The position numbers and the translations under genes were made by a program. This document shows positions 30,051 to 39,276 of a stretch of 64,000 nucleotides of DNA, one piece after another; positions within the stretch are counted from its first letter, which is position 1; every line of letters begins with the position of its first letter. The DNA comes from Halioglobus sp. (GTDB lineage: Bacteria > Pseudomonadota > Gammaproteobacteria > Pseudomonadales > Halieaceae): contig JABSPW010000001.1 in assembly GCA_013214285.1 (NCBI GenBank), positions 16,945-80,944 of the forward strand. The letters run 5' to 3'. The notes under the pieces were generated by a model. It was not told the origin of the DNA and did not search any database. It worked only from the letters and a program-made list of their open reading frames with translations.

Positions 30051-30965
30051 TCAAGGCTTGTAATCAAACTCGGCAAGTCGTGAGCCCGCGACAAAATTGA
30101 CCCATCGATGCATCCAGGGGGCCAAATGGTCACGCCAACGATCTACACCCTGCCGATCAAAACCCTGTCCTTTCTCTGTTGAGAAACTAGATCCGTACTT
30201 CGCTGGCTGTAGCATTGCAGGATCAAAGTCGAATTCAAGAAATTTACACAAGTCACGGACTGTACTTTCTGAATCATCCAATAGTTTTTCATAACATACC
30301 AACTTGTATCTTCCCGAATATTTGCGTGAGTAACGCTTGTGCAGACGGACTGCATACAGCCAGGTAACCGTAATATACATCACAACTGCGAGACTTTTGA
30401 TCGGACGAATTATGCGATCGAGAACGCCTCTCCCTGCTTGTACGTTTTTTCGCCACTCTGAAGCCAAAATCGCTCGGGGATCTCTAAAAGTATGGATCAC
30501 ATACGCATCAGGATACCAGGTCTTTATTTTTGGCACGTAATACAAGTTCCCTGGCATCTTTTCACCCATAGCAGCGTCCTGCGCTGCCTCTAGGCCATGA
30601 CTCGCAATCAAAGGCGCACGAATAATTGCGTCATATATCTCTCTTTCAGTTCGTGCCGAGTTCTTTACTAGATCACTCATGATATTGCGAGGTATATCTA
30701 AAAACTCGCCGCCCAGCATGCTCCAGTAGGAACCACGAGGTGACTTAGAATACATATAGTCGATCAGCCGCTCGACATTTTGTTCTTGCATCAAATTTCC
30801 AAACTTTGATAGCTTGTTCCGAAGACCAGGACGAAACATATCACCGAAGAACCAAGACTCCGGCGCTAGCTGACATATCCTGCCCGGATGGGCGCACACA
30901 ATACTCTTCATCATCTTGCTGCCTGTGCGAGGCAGTCCGACGATGAAAATGTACTTATTGCTCAT
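30051..30965 (-). CDS. PAPS-dependent sulfotransferase (ST2)
   Basis: The 5'-PSB loop is IVGLPRTGSKMM and the 3'-PB motif is IHTFRDPRAILASEW. Confidence 0.8.
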   Translation of the reverse strand: MSNKYIFIVGLPRTGSKMMKSIVCAHPGRICQLAPESWFFGDMFRPGLRNKLSKFGNLMQEQNVERLIDYMYSKSPRGSYWSMLGGEFLDIPRNIMSDLVKNSARTEREIYDAIIRAPLIASHGLEAAQDAAMGEKMPGNLYYVPKIKTWYPDAYVIHTFRDPRAILASEWRKNVQAGRGVLDRIIRPIKSLAVVMYITVTWLYAVRLHKRYSRKYSGRYKLVCYEKLLDDSESTVRDLCKFLEFDFDPAMLQPAKYGSSFSTEKGQGFDRQGVDRWRDHLAPWMHRWVNFVAGSRLAEFDYKP

Positions 30966-31224
30966 TCTAATAGCACTTCCGCCGCGATGACAATCTTAGG
31001 ACTCCTGTTATCTGCCGCTGAATTCCTTTAGTCATATTCACTTGAATCTGCGAATCCACACAAATTCTGACTGGCCTTTATGAATACTGGCCACAACATG
31101 ATAATTGATAGCTCACCATGCTCCCTGATGTGATAACACCGCCGTGGAAGACATCCCATATACAACCGTAAGACAGTAGCTGTAGAATCTAAAGAAACTC
31201 AATATGAAAAATCCTTAGACATTT

Positions 31225-32217
31225 CTAAGTAAACGTCGACCTTAGGTTTCTTAGCATCGTACTAAATCCGCTCAATTCTGCGTAAATGAGGATTTTGTCA
31301 TCAGTCGCTGGCATATTAATTCTAGCTATATCAAAGTCGCCGCGTCCCCTCTGCTTTATATTCATGAACGCTTTGTCGAAAATAGAAGCTTCACACCTGG
31401 AAATCACTCTATGGTCTACCTCGACAGGCCTACCAAATGGATAGCCATACCAATCAGAGTTATATAAATCTACATATCTTTCACAACGACGAAAGTCTTC
31501 ATCCAACTCTTGATCAGACAGCCTCGATAGAATCTCATGCGTGTAAGAGTGGCAAGCAACTCGGCATCCCGCTTCTACCAGCAACGCGATTTCCTCCGGA
31601 CACAAAGGTTCAAATCTCTGCAACCGATATCTATCTGTTATGTCCAAGGACTCGAAGCTATACTGCATCTCTAGCTCAGCCAAAAGCCGATCTTTTTCTG
31701 CATAGTTCTCAAGAAGCGATGCCCACACATCTTCAAATGCTTCCACTCTGTCCGTATCAGTAGCAATCTTTGTGATTTTTCCCTGAATATTGTAAGTCCC
31801 ACTGGGAACACATGTGAACCACATCAACATCCTGTCAACCCAGAGCATGCCTTGATTTTCAAAGTAGCTAGCAGGAATAAAAAATGTAGCCGACACCTCC
31901 TGCGCCTGCAGAATCGGTAACGCAACATACAAATTATTCTTATGACCATCGTCGAAGGTAATTAAAGCTTCTCCCGCTTCTAGATCTGAACCAATGGGCA
32001 ACTTAGCTTTGATAATAGAAAGCTGCCTCTCGAATACAGAAGCTTTTTGGGTTACAGATAAATGTGGATGGCTATCATACAACTCATCTTCTACTATATT
32101 GTGGTAGGTGATAACGATAGGTCGCTTCTTTATAACAAACAGTACATTAATGAAACCTAAATAGTAGGCCAATAAATACACTGTCTTCACAAGATATTTC
32201 TTCACTCTACAGTCCAA
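31225..32217 (-). CDS. Polysaccharide deacetylase (NodB homology domain)
   Basis: Motifs are ALITFDDGHKNN and CHSYTHE. The start is TTG per the ORF track, with an alternative GTG four codons in. Confidence 0.8.
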   Translation of the reverse strand: MDCRVKKYLVKTVYLLAYYLGFINVLFVIKKRPIVITYHNIVEDELYDSHPHLSVTQKASVFERQLSIIKAKLPIGSDLEAGEALITFDDGHKNNLYVALPILQAQEVSATFFIPASYFENQGMLWVDRMLMWFTCVPSGTYNIQGKITKIATDTDRVEAFEDVWASLLENYAEKDRLLAELEMQYSFESLDITDRYRLQRFEPLCPEEIALLVEAGCRVACHSYTHEILSRLSDQELDEDFRRCERYVDLYNSDWYGYPFGRPVEVDHRVISRCEASIFDKAFMNIKQRGRGDFDIARINMPATDDKILIYAELSGFSTMLRNLRSTFT

Positions 32218-32714
32218 CGCTCATCCTGAATATACTAATAGCCAATCGGATAAACAGCGTACGCACCATGGAAAAGGTTCTCGACGCTACCATGCCGGCT
32301 TAAATTACCGTATGAAAAATTGCATCCACACCATATAATGAGCACGATGATGACCACGAGATAGGTATAATACTGTCCTTTCTGGATACGCTGGAGGGGT
32401 GTCCTCAGTTACGTCTAAGGGGAGGCTCATCCAATTTCAAGCAGGGGTTACAGATAGGTTTCTCTATGCCCACGGCTCTCTACTCTGCTCCTTTCCCCGC
32501 ACATCTGAATGACTCTAATAATACTACTCCCTGATCGGAGACCTTGGAAGGCCAAGATAGTATCAAACTGTGACCTGGGTCCAGAGCAGAAGCTCCGGTG
32601 ACTGAATAATTGATCTATTTTAGGCTACAAACTGGCGAAACAAGTTACTTTCAATAGCGCATGCCTTTCATACAACTCTAGCTGACCGAATTTCACTGCA
32701 ATAGCTGATACAGG

Positions 32715-34106
32715 TTATCGTTCTGCCAAACCATACTTTTCTATCAAGCCGCCTTGTTTTTCACCAGAAGACGGATGTACCGTCATGGGTCTATCCGACG
32801 CTTTGAAAAGCTGATCTATCAACCCACACGCAATTGCCGCGTAAATATACAGCCTCTTTTCGGTGCCATTCCCCTCGACCAGCATTCTTATTAGCTGGCC
32901 TGATATTATTAAAACAAAAAACTGCGCGTTGCGCGAAAAATCAGCCGATGGATATTTCAATCTGCCCATTGCATACGGCAGTAAAGTGATGATTGGATAA
33001 AGCCAGATTAAAACAAAAGGCAGGTAGCCGACAATTCCCAAGTTCTTGAGAATGTTCAGATGGGTGGTATGACTTCCAATTCGCAGATGCCCTGCTAGCG
33101 TCTCCCCTGACACAAATCTTGAACCATCGCGAATCAAGCCGAATTCATAGGTTTTTCCATAGCCGGTACCTATCACCGGGTTCTCGATGATCTCTTCGAA
33201 CATCGGAAGAAAGTACTTATAGCGAGCGGGAGATGTTTGCTCGAGAGAGCCCAGCTTTGTTAGGCGCTTAAGATTGCCCGGCGGCGCCATTTCATGAATA
33301 ACCTGAACAAATACAACCATCAATATCATCGTCGAAACCATGAACCCAGTAAGTAAAAATCTTCTGTTCAAGAACATCCAAATCGCTATACACACTAGTG
33401 TTGAAAGAAGACCTACACGACCACCCCCAAGAACAATGCATAATCCAAAGTAGCCAACTAGAGTTTTTCTAAACCTATAACCACGTCCAGAGTTGCTGAG
33501 TGTTAAAATAAATCCAAGCTGAGCGAACACCTCGAGAAAAGGCATTCTCGTGCTGCCGGCACTAACACCACTGCCCCCAAGCTTATTTACCGACCACGCA
33601 TGCGTATCCAAGCCTGGCAAGCTCAAGCCTGTGAATAACATAAAGAGTCCAAGTAATGTCACGCCGAGGGCTATATAGAAAAGAATATCAAGGGCCTGAG
33701 CGATCGGTATTTTGCTTTTATGTAGCCAATACAACGCTGTCAAAAAAGTAAAAAGGCTGCAGAGAAATCGCCAATAGTGTTTTAGTCCACCGTCAGACCC
33801 TCCAACTAGACTACTCGCCATAACGGGATTACGAACATATGAAATCAAAACTACGAACATGAAAAGCGCGATAAACAAAAAATGCAGGTTGCCTTTCGTT
33901 GGCAGAAAGTTGCTGAGGTTTTTGGTAAGAACCGCATTTACAACGCTATAACCAAATATTAAAGGAATTAGGATATCCGCCAGCTGTAATTTAGCTACAC
34001 CCAAAGCTTTACCTGAAAAAGGGATGAAAGCCAAAATCATCACGATTACGAGAGGCGCTATAGACCGCAATCCTCTAAATCTAACCCGCTCTTGCTCTTT
34101 AATCAC
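32715..34106 (-). CDS. O-antigen ligase/polymerase-like polytopic membrane protein (Wzy_C type)
   Basis: The 463-aa protein has about 10-12 TM helices and a large loop region. This is typical of Wzy-type or exosortase-associated O-glycosylation-ligase-type proteins. No sequence-specific motif was verified. Confidence 0.65.
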   Translation of the reverse strand: MIKEQERVRFRGLRSIAPLVIVMILAFIPFSGKALGVAKLQLADILIPLIFGYSVVNAVLTKNLSNFLPTKGNLHFLFIALFMFVVLISYVRNPVMASSLVGGSDGGLKHYWRFLCSLFTFLTALYWLHKSKIPIAQALDILFYIALGVTLLGLFMLFTGLSLPGLDTHAWSVNKLGGSGVSAGSTRMPFLEVFAQLGFILTLSNSGRGYRFRKTLVGYFGLCIVLGGGRVGLLSTLVCIAIWMFLNRRFLLTGFMVSTMILMVVFVQVIHEMAPPGNLKRLTKLGSLEQTSPARYKYFLPMFEEIIENPVIGTGYGKTYEFGLIRDGSRFVSGETLAGHLRIGSHTTHLNILKNLGIVGYLPFVLIWLYPIITLLPYAMGRLKYPSADFSRNAQFFVLIISGQLIRMLVEGNGTEKRLYIYAAIACGLIDQLFKASDRPMTVHPSSGEKQGGLIEKYGLAER

Positions 34107-34185
34107 AATTCAATTCTCACATATTTAGTCTATGCCAAAACATTTTAGGAGACGCTGCAGTGGGATTTCTGATCGCTGTCAAACA

Positions 34186-36138
34186 CTAGTCCCCAAAATC
34201 CACCGACCACCGATACTCAAACGAGTCTCTCTTTGCACTTGGAATTTCAAGCACCAACTGAGACGCTTGTTCAAGAACACCATAACGAGGAGAATACGGG
34301 ACCTGTCTTAGTTCAGCACTCTCCCAGCCCTGTAGGCGCAGACGGCGCTTCGAACCATATCTCCGAAAAGTCCAACGTCCTTCAAATTGCACTGCAGGGT
34401 GAAGATTAAGAAACCAGACAACATTCTCTCCTGACAGACCGCTTATTACGTCATGTACTAACAAACGTCCTATTTCTTTGCTGATTTCCAATTTCCGCAT
34501 GATACAAATGATACGGTTATCTTTTTTTACTTTTATGCGACCTGCCACAGCGAGTGGTGAGGACTCAAACATTTCTCCTCGCGCGTGGTTGTCACTGTGA
34601 AAAGACCCTAATATGCGCATCTGCTCCGCATCTCCGACGAGAATCACATTGTGTGCAGCTCCGAGACGCATGGCGTCAGAAATTGATTTCTCATGGTAAC
34701 TGTATGTACCACGATCCACGAACCAGGAAAGCCCATCAACACACACGTTAATGCTGAGTAGATCGCAATGTGCGTGCGGCGCATACCCTGGTATTCTCGG
34801 AAAATCCATCGGACCAGACCGGAAATAGACTGAATAACGGCCATTATCGTCATGAACTCTGGACATCCAGTGCCCGCTCTTGGTGAGACTAGAGCACGTT
34901 TGAGCCATATCATCCCACTCACTAGCGTCTACCCCATACTCTGTGGAAAAATCAGAGGTAGAACACAAAGCCTTAAACATACTGAGACAGACCTCTATTG
35001 AATCCGGGCTCGCCTCATAAGTTGGCACGAGGACATGGCCATTATCCTCATCACCCACAATCACTATTCTGTCTTTATCGTACCTGAACACAGTAAGCGA
35101 TTTCAGATAGCAACTGATATAGACATCAAGACCTTCCGAGCCATCAACAATCAAACGAACTAATATGAGCGCCTCTAAAACGAAGCGGAGATAACTCGAC
35201 GCCTGTTCAACGTGCATACCATCGGAATGAGTTTGTCTATTGAGCTCGTCTAGCAACGACTTAATTAGTCCGTGTTTGCGATAGCGTACACCAGCGGCTT
35301 TCAAAAAATCAGGAAACAGCTCGAAAAATACAATTAAGGCACTCAGCTCTACTATAGTATGGTTATTCTTAAGTTCCGTATCACTGCCCTGATCGTCAAT
35401 ATCCACAGAAAGATTTTCGCAAAGAAACCGCATTTGCTGATACATACTGACTAATATTTTATCCTCATCATCAGCTTCAATGCTTCCCTCCTCAAGAAAC
35501 GCTAAGCTCAAACTCCACGATACCAATCGCAAACCAATTTCCATCGAGCTTATCCAATTTAAAGAGCAAAACACCGGATTCTTTTCGATCCAAGAAAGAA
35601 TATGTTTAACAATACAGCGGGCATATTCCTTGTTGGATGTGATGCGACTTGCAATTGATAGCCCTAGTAGGTGCTGCTGACGATTTAGCTCCCAGGTAAA
35701 TCGGAAATCACCATGCTTACCAGACGTATTCCTAAGCAGTCGACGATATCGAGTGTAGAAAATATTTGGCCATGTACCTTCACCAGTTATATCAACGTTC
35801 CAATCAAGACCTTCACCAAGCTCTATGGCTCTGTCATAGACGACTACCGATCCGCAAATAAGTGAATCAGAATATTTCATAAACTGGTTCCGGCGTTCAC
35901 TATCGTTAGCTATTAGAGTCGAAACATCTTTAAGATATTCCGAAAATGTTGATGTATTCAGCCGCTTACGCGCTTTTAAAACTAAACCATGGGACAAATC
36001 CTTCGGCCCGAGATCAAGCGGAGTAACCTTCCTGTAATCAGCACTTTTGCAACGCAAATATGTTTGTAGCTGCTGGGTCATCCTAGTCGTCCGGCGCATT
36101 ACTCCACGATATAGCCCCAAAGGTGTTAGCAAAGCCAT
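34186..36138 (-). CDS. Heparinase II/III-family protein, no signal peptide
   Basis: Motifs are NNHTIVELSAL and GYAPHAHCDLLSINV, paralogous to the NNHLIGELTGL and AAHGHADALS motifs of 51478..53454. The N-terminus MALLTPLGLYRGVMRRTTRM is not signal-like. Confidence 0.7.
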   Translation of the reverse strand: MALLTPLGLYRGVMRRTTRMTQQLQTYLRCKSADYRKVTPLDLGPKDLSHGLVLKARKRLNTSTFSEYLKDVSTLIANDSERRNQFMKYSDSLICGSVVVYDRAIELGEGLDWNVDITGEGTWPNIFYTRYRRLLRNTSGKHGDFRFTWELNRQQHLLGLSIASRITSNKEYARCIVKHILSWIEKNPVFCSLNWISSMEIGLRLVSWSLSLAFLEEGSIEADDEDKILVSMYQQMRFLCENLSVDIDDQGSDTELKNNHTIVELSALIVFFELFPDFLKAAGVRYRKHGLIKSLLDELNRQTHSDGMHVEQASSYLRFVLEALILVRLIVDGSEGLDVYISCYLKSLTVFRYDKDRIVIVGDEDNGHVLVPTYEASPDSIEVCLSMFKALCSTSDFSTEYGVDASEWDDMAQTCSSLTKSGHWMSRVHDDNGRYSVYFRSGPMDFPRIPGYAPHAHCDLLSINVCVDGLSWFVDRGTYSYHEKSISDAMRLGAAHNVILVGDAEQMRILGSFHSDNHARGEMFESSPLAVAGRIKVKKDNRIICIMRKLEISKEIGRLLVHDVISGLSGENVVWFLNLHPAVQFEGRWTFRRYGSKRRLRLQGWESAELRQVPYSPRYGVLEQASQLVLEIPSAKRDSFEYRWSVDFGD

Positions 36139-36143
36139 CTCAA

Positions 36144-37439
36144 TTACACCACGCTGCGAAAAACCGACTCGAGCTTCCTCGTAAGATACTTACGGTCAAA
36201 CTCTTTAAGACCACTAATATCATTCAGCGACATTGAACCAGCCTGCCAATGCTTGAAGCACTTCAATATACATTGATAAATCGCCTCTTCATTGTCAGGC
36301 TCTACTACTTGCCCTAGTCCGTATTTCTGTACAAGATGGGCCGCAGCACTATGCTTGCTATCAAGCAACAGCATGCTATTCCGACTGCCCCAATATTCAT
36401 AAAGTTTTCCCGGCACGAGCGATGGCATGTCATAATTGATTACCACGGGCAGGTGAGCCTTAACGAGAGTCTCTACGAAACGCTCACGTTGCATGTAATC
36501 GACTCGCCTGACGACACCACCTAGCTCAAGCCTTTCCACAAGCTGCGCTTGCGCAGATGGCATCCTGCCTAAAATTAGAAACTCTATCTGCGTTGCGGCA
36601 TTCGGTATATCTGAAATTATTCGCCTTAAAGCCCGGAAGAGGTGTGACAAATCCCTACGATCAGAAAATATGCCCGCGTGAATCAACGTGAACTTATCAA
36701 ATTTTTCCGGTGGATTTTCCCAGTATTCTTCATACTCGCTGACATCGCATCCATTCGGGATCATTTCAAATTTCTCTGCAAATTCAGGATACTTTTTCTT
36801 ATACCGATCTAGACTATAGGGTGTCACAGTAATTATCTTTTCAGCATTTTTTATACATTTATACTCCATGCGAGATTCAATCAGGTCTCTATACCGCTGT
36901 AATCCTCGGTTCCTTAATGGGTGTATCCAATCGTCTTTAATGTCGATCACGAGAGGAAGACCCGTTTCTTTTTTTATAGCCACTGCGGATAGCAATACGG
37001 AATAGGGAGGTGCTGTGGCATAAATAATCGAGTACTTGTGCTGTGAGTGCTCCCTTCGTGCTGCCTGACGTAAATTACGCCTCCAAAGAACTTTGTCATC
37101 TGGAATCATTAAGTACTTCCTCAATGGCAAAAGTACAGCAAGCTTCATTTTTCGAAGCAACTTGGACGCTTTCCCATATTCACTGGCGATACCTTTAGGT
37201 TCTCCCGTATCTGTCCTTACTAGCTTAATGTCTTGAGGCACTTGGGCCACGCTGTCCTGTGATTCCTTCGTTACCCACAGCAAGTCAATATCTGATTTGA
37301 CTGTTAGGACCGTCGGCTCCCAACCATTGCTTTCTCTATTTAGAAACGTAAGGAACTTAAGCAATCGAATTGACCCACCTACAGAGCCAAACGGAGGAAA
37401 CGTATGCACCAGCACGAGAACCCTATTACCTATTTCCAC
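36144..37439 (-). CDS. Glycosyltransferase (GT-B, group 1-like)
   Basis: The N-terminus is RVLVLVHTFPPFGSVGGS. The C-terminal region LVPGKLYEYWGS is E-x7-E-like. Confidence 0.7.
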   Translation of the reverse strand: MEIGNRVLVLVHTFPPFGSVGGSIRLLKFLTFLNRESNGWEPTVLTVKSDIDLLWVTKESQDSVAQVPQDIKLVRTDTGEPKGIASEYGKASKLLRKMKLAVLLPLRKYLMIPDDKVLWRRNLRQAARREHSQHKYSIIYATAPPYSVLLSAVAIKKETGLPLVIDIKDDWIHPLRNRGLQRYRDLIESRMEYKCIKNAEKIITVTPYSLDRYKKKYPEFAEKFEMIPNGCDVSEYEEYWENPPEKFDKFTLIHAGIFSDRRDLSHLFRALRRIISDIPNAATQIEFLILGRMPSAQAQLVERLELGGVVRRVDYMQRERFVETLVKAHLPVVINYDMPSLVPGKLYEYWGSRNSMLLLDSKHSAAAHLVQKYGLGQVVEPDNEEAIYQCILKCFKHWQAGSMSLNDISGLKEFDRKYLTRKLESVFRSVV

Positions 37440-37554
37440 TTAACAATCTCCTTTTGAGCAAACATCTACTAGCTTTTTTCTAGAACGAACCATTTTCTGA
37501 AACCTTACCTACATGATTTGCAGAAGCAACGCCTTAACCCCCCAAGTATTGATT

Positions 37555-38475
37555 TCAGAAAGGTTTTGCATTAAGCGGAATACCATCTGTTTGGTCATAG
37601 TAGTGGTGTAGATTAAACGTCTGCAAAACTAATTCTATTTCTTCTTGCTGTTGATTACTCAAAGACGTCTTCCATCGATTGACATAGTCCTCTTTTGGCT
37701 TATCAATGTTCTCTAATGCCAGCTCTCTCGATATTCTTCCGGCATGTTCAGATTTGCCAATACTCATTAGTATTTTTTTAATTTCAGTATATGGCTGGGT
37801 AATAAGATTCTCGTAATGAACAAATATGAAATTTTCTCTATCGGAATTTTTTAGCAACATAAGATTATCCAAGCTCCAGCTGACAGCTAGACGAAATGCC
37901 TTACTCCCTCCGATCCGGTAAAACTTCGCCTGCTCAGCCGTCAGTAGCGGCTCAATATCTGAATAGCTATGGCTATGGTCCGGCACAGGCCAATCTGACT
38001 TGATGCGAGATGCAATACACGCATTGGGGTTACGCATAAGGACAATGAATGGGCATTGATGCAACATGTCAGACAAATAGTCTAGGTAGTGGTTGCCGCG
38101 GACAATTTTTACGATTCGGCCATCATAAAATAGCCTGGAGCCTGTGTTTGTATATTTCGAACCTATGAACCCTTCAGAAAAGCTAGCCAGGATTGCCTGC
38201 TGGTAGATGGTGTTTTTCTCGATGGTAGTGCGGGATTCTCTCGGATTGAAGAAGCTCATTTCTCGAGACGAAGATGGATTTAGCGGTTCATGTATTGGCC
38301 GGGCTCTAAGAACATTTGAAAGTAATCTCCCTAAGAAGGTTGTACCGCTTCGCGTGTAGCCCGCCAAAACCGCCCATGGCAGAGGATGACTCCCGGTTTC
38401 TATGAAATACCCCCCCCAATTGAGCCGTCTAACTACTTTACGGTAGGTATTTATTGCTACTAAATGAGCGTTCAT
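37555..38475 (-). CDS. PAPS-dependent sulfotransferase (ST3)
   Basis: The 5'-PSB loop is LAGYTRSGTTFLGRLL and the 3'-PB motif is IVLMRNPNACIASRI. The start overlaps the ST4 stop (ATGA). Confidence 0.75.
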   Translation of the reverse strand: MNAHLVAINTYRKVVRRLNWGGYFIETGSHPLPWAVLAGYTRSGTTFLGRLLSNVLRARPIHEPLNPSSSREMSFFNPRESRTTIEKNTIYQQAILASFSEGFIGSKYTNTGSRLFYDGRIVKIVRGNHYLDYLSDMLHQCPFIVLMRNPNACIASRIKSDWPVPDHSHSYSDIEPLLTAEQAKFYRIGGSKAFRLAVSWSLDNLMLLKNSDRENFIFVHYENLITQPYTEIKKILMSIGKSEHAGRISRELALENIDKPKEDYVNRWKTSLSNQQQEEIELVLQTFNLHHYYDQTDGIPLNAKPF

Positions 38476-39248
38476 CTATCGTCATCCGACAATAAGTACT
38501 CAAATTCCGAACCACGGAGTTCGCGCTCTACTTCTTCATAGTTGCTAATCAAACTAGCAATAGTTTTGTTCGTAAGTTTGCTAAATGGCGAAGTGAGCTC
38601 GCCATTGCATTTTACATCTATGAAATCTAGAACACGCTTTTGCTCACGAATAGGGTCTTCAAGCAGTGATTCATAAGCCACACGAAGATACGGTTGGTTT
38701 TCGAATTTCGTCGCCCAAATTGCGTCTAGGTTTTTGAGCCTAGCCAATTTGTGTTGTAGCGATTTAACGGGGACTACCACTGGCTGCCTATCAAGGGCTT
38801 TAACGGAGCGATAAATGCCAGTGGACTCCGACGCCATTCTGGATATGATAACTCTCAGATAGTTATTTCGTGTGTTGTGTATTATCGACAATTTATGACT
38901 CCGCATATAGCTCAACGCAGAAGGGTATAGCCACGGAATATATCGGGCTTGACTATACATGTATTTGAAACCGATAGCCTGACCCTCATTGTGTGAATAG
39001 AAATTGTCCAAGAACTCTCTAACGAGGCCGCCGCGCGCGATACCATGCCTGATTTTTCTATTTGTAGTCTCCGAAGCATATTTACGAATGGCATGTTCAC
39101 TACCAGATCTCGGGAAGAAGATTTCACCAGCACAGAGAATATCACTGTGACTATTCAGCGACGTTATCAACATTGTAGATCCCGTCCTCTGCGTCGAGAC
39201 AACCACAAACCTAGACATAGCGAACGCTCCGATAAATCCCGCGGCCAA
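38472..39248 (-). CDS. PAPS-dependent sulfotransferase, NodH/Stf0-like (ST4)
   Basis: The 5'-PSB loop is VVVSTQRTGSTMLITSL and the 3'-PB-like motif is IIHNTRNNYLRVIISRM. Confidence 0.75.
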   Translation of the reverse strand: MAAGFIGAFAMSRFVVVSTQRTGSTMLITSLNSHSDILCAGEIFFPRSGSEHAIRKYASETTNRKIRHGIARGGLVREFLDNFYSHNEGQAIGFKYMYSQARYIPWLYPSALSYMRSHKLSIIHNTRNNYLRVIISRMASESTGIYRSVKALDRQPVVVPVKSLQHKLARLKNLDAIWATKFENQPYLRVAYESLLEDPIREQKRVLDFIDVKCNGELTSPFSKLTNKTIASLISNYEEVERELRGSEFEYLLSDDDR

Positions 39249-39276
39249 ATGTAATCACCTGACTTATAAGCCGCCT

